From the human T2T-CHM13v2.0 reference genome, Homo sapiens, in NCBI GenBank assembly GCA_009914755.4, contig CP068257.2:32032001-32096000 (forward strand): a stretch of 64,000 bases of DNA. Direction: 5' to 3'. The position numbers were made by a program, and so were the translations under genes. A model generated the notes under the pieces. It saw only the letters and a program-made list of their open reading frames with translations, did not search any database and was not told the origin of the DNA. Below are positions 63,914 through 64,000 of this stretch, piece by piece (the stretch's first letter is position 1; every line of letters begins with the position of its first letter).

Positions 63914-64000
63914 CCAGCCTCATCTTTAAGCCATAATTTGGCTATTGTGTTAGTGAATAAACCTGAAAGGTACATCTTCATTCATACATAAACATAATTT

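Overview
This window is primate (almost certainly human) nuclear DNA, not a microbial locus. It carries about 63 Alu SINE copies, roughly 27-30% of the sequence, and many have poly-A tails and intact target-site duplications (TSDs). It also has LINE-1 fragments, including one with a 5' inversion of the kind attributed to twin priming. MaLR/ERVL LTR pieces (THE1 and MLT1 types), a MIR, a Tigger-like DNA transposon fragment and several microsatellites are present. No ORF in the six-frame track is credible as a gene. The longest (174 aa) and almost all others translate Alu consensus in one of its frames (recurring ...[36 protein letters not shown]..., ...[36 protein letters not shown]..., ...[24 protein letters not shown]...) or microsatellites. 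I cannot support any exon, rRNA, tRNA, CRISPR array, operon or defence/secretion system, so the honest answer to the hunt is that no such system is visible. What does merit a second look is structural. One Alu carries a roughly 130-bp inverted, templated insertion copied from about 500 bp upstream, beside a (GT)n tract. There is an Alu-bounded tandem duplication with a later nested Alu. Five Alus sit head-to-tail followed by a (TA)n tract. There are nested Alu-in-Alu insertions, the 5'-inverted L1 with a 16-bp TSD, and Alu-free islands in an otherwise Alu-saturated stretch. About 70% of Alus present their poly-T on the given strand, which is consistent with the window lying in an intron of a gene transcribed on the + strand. 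All coordinates were placed by eye from line positions and may be off by a few bases. Element family names come from recalled consensus sequences, not from a database search.
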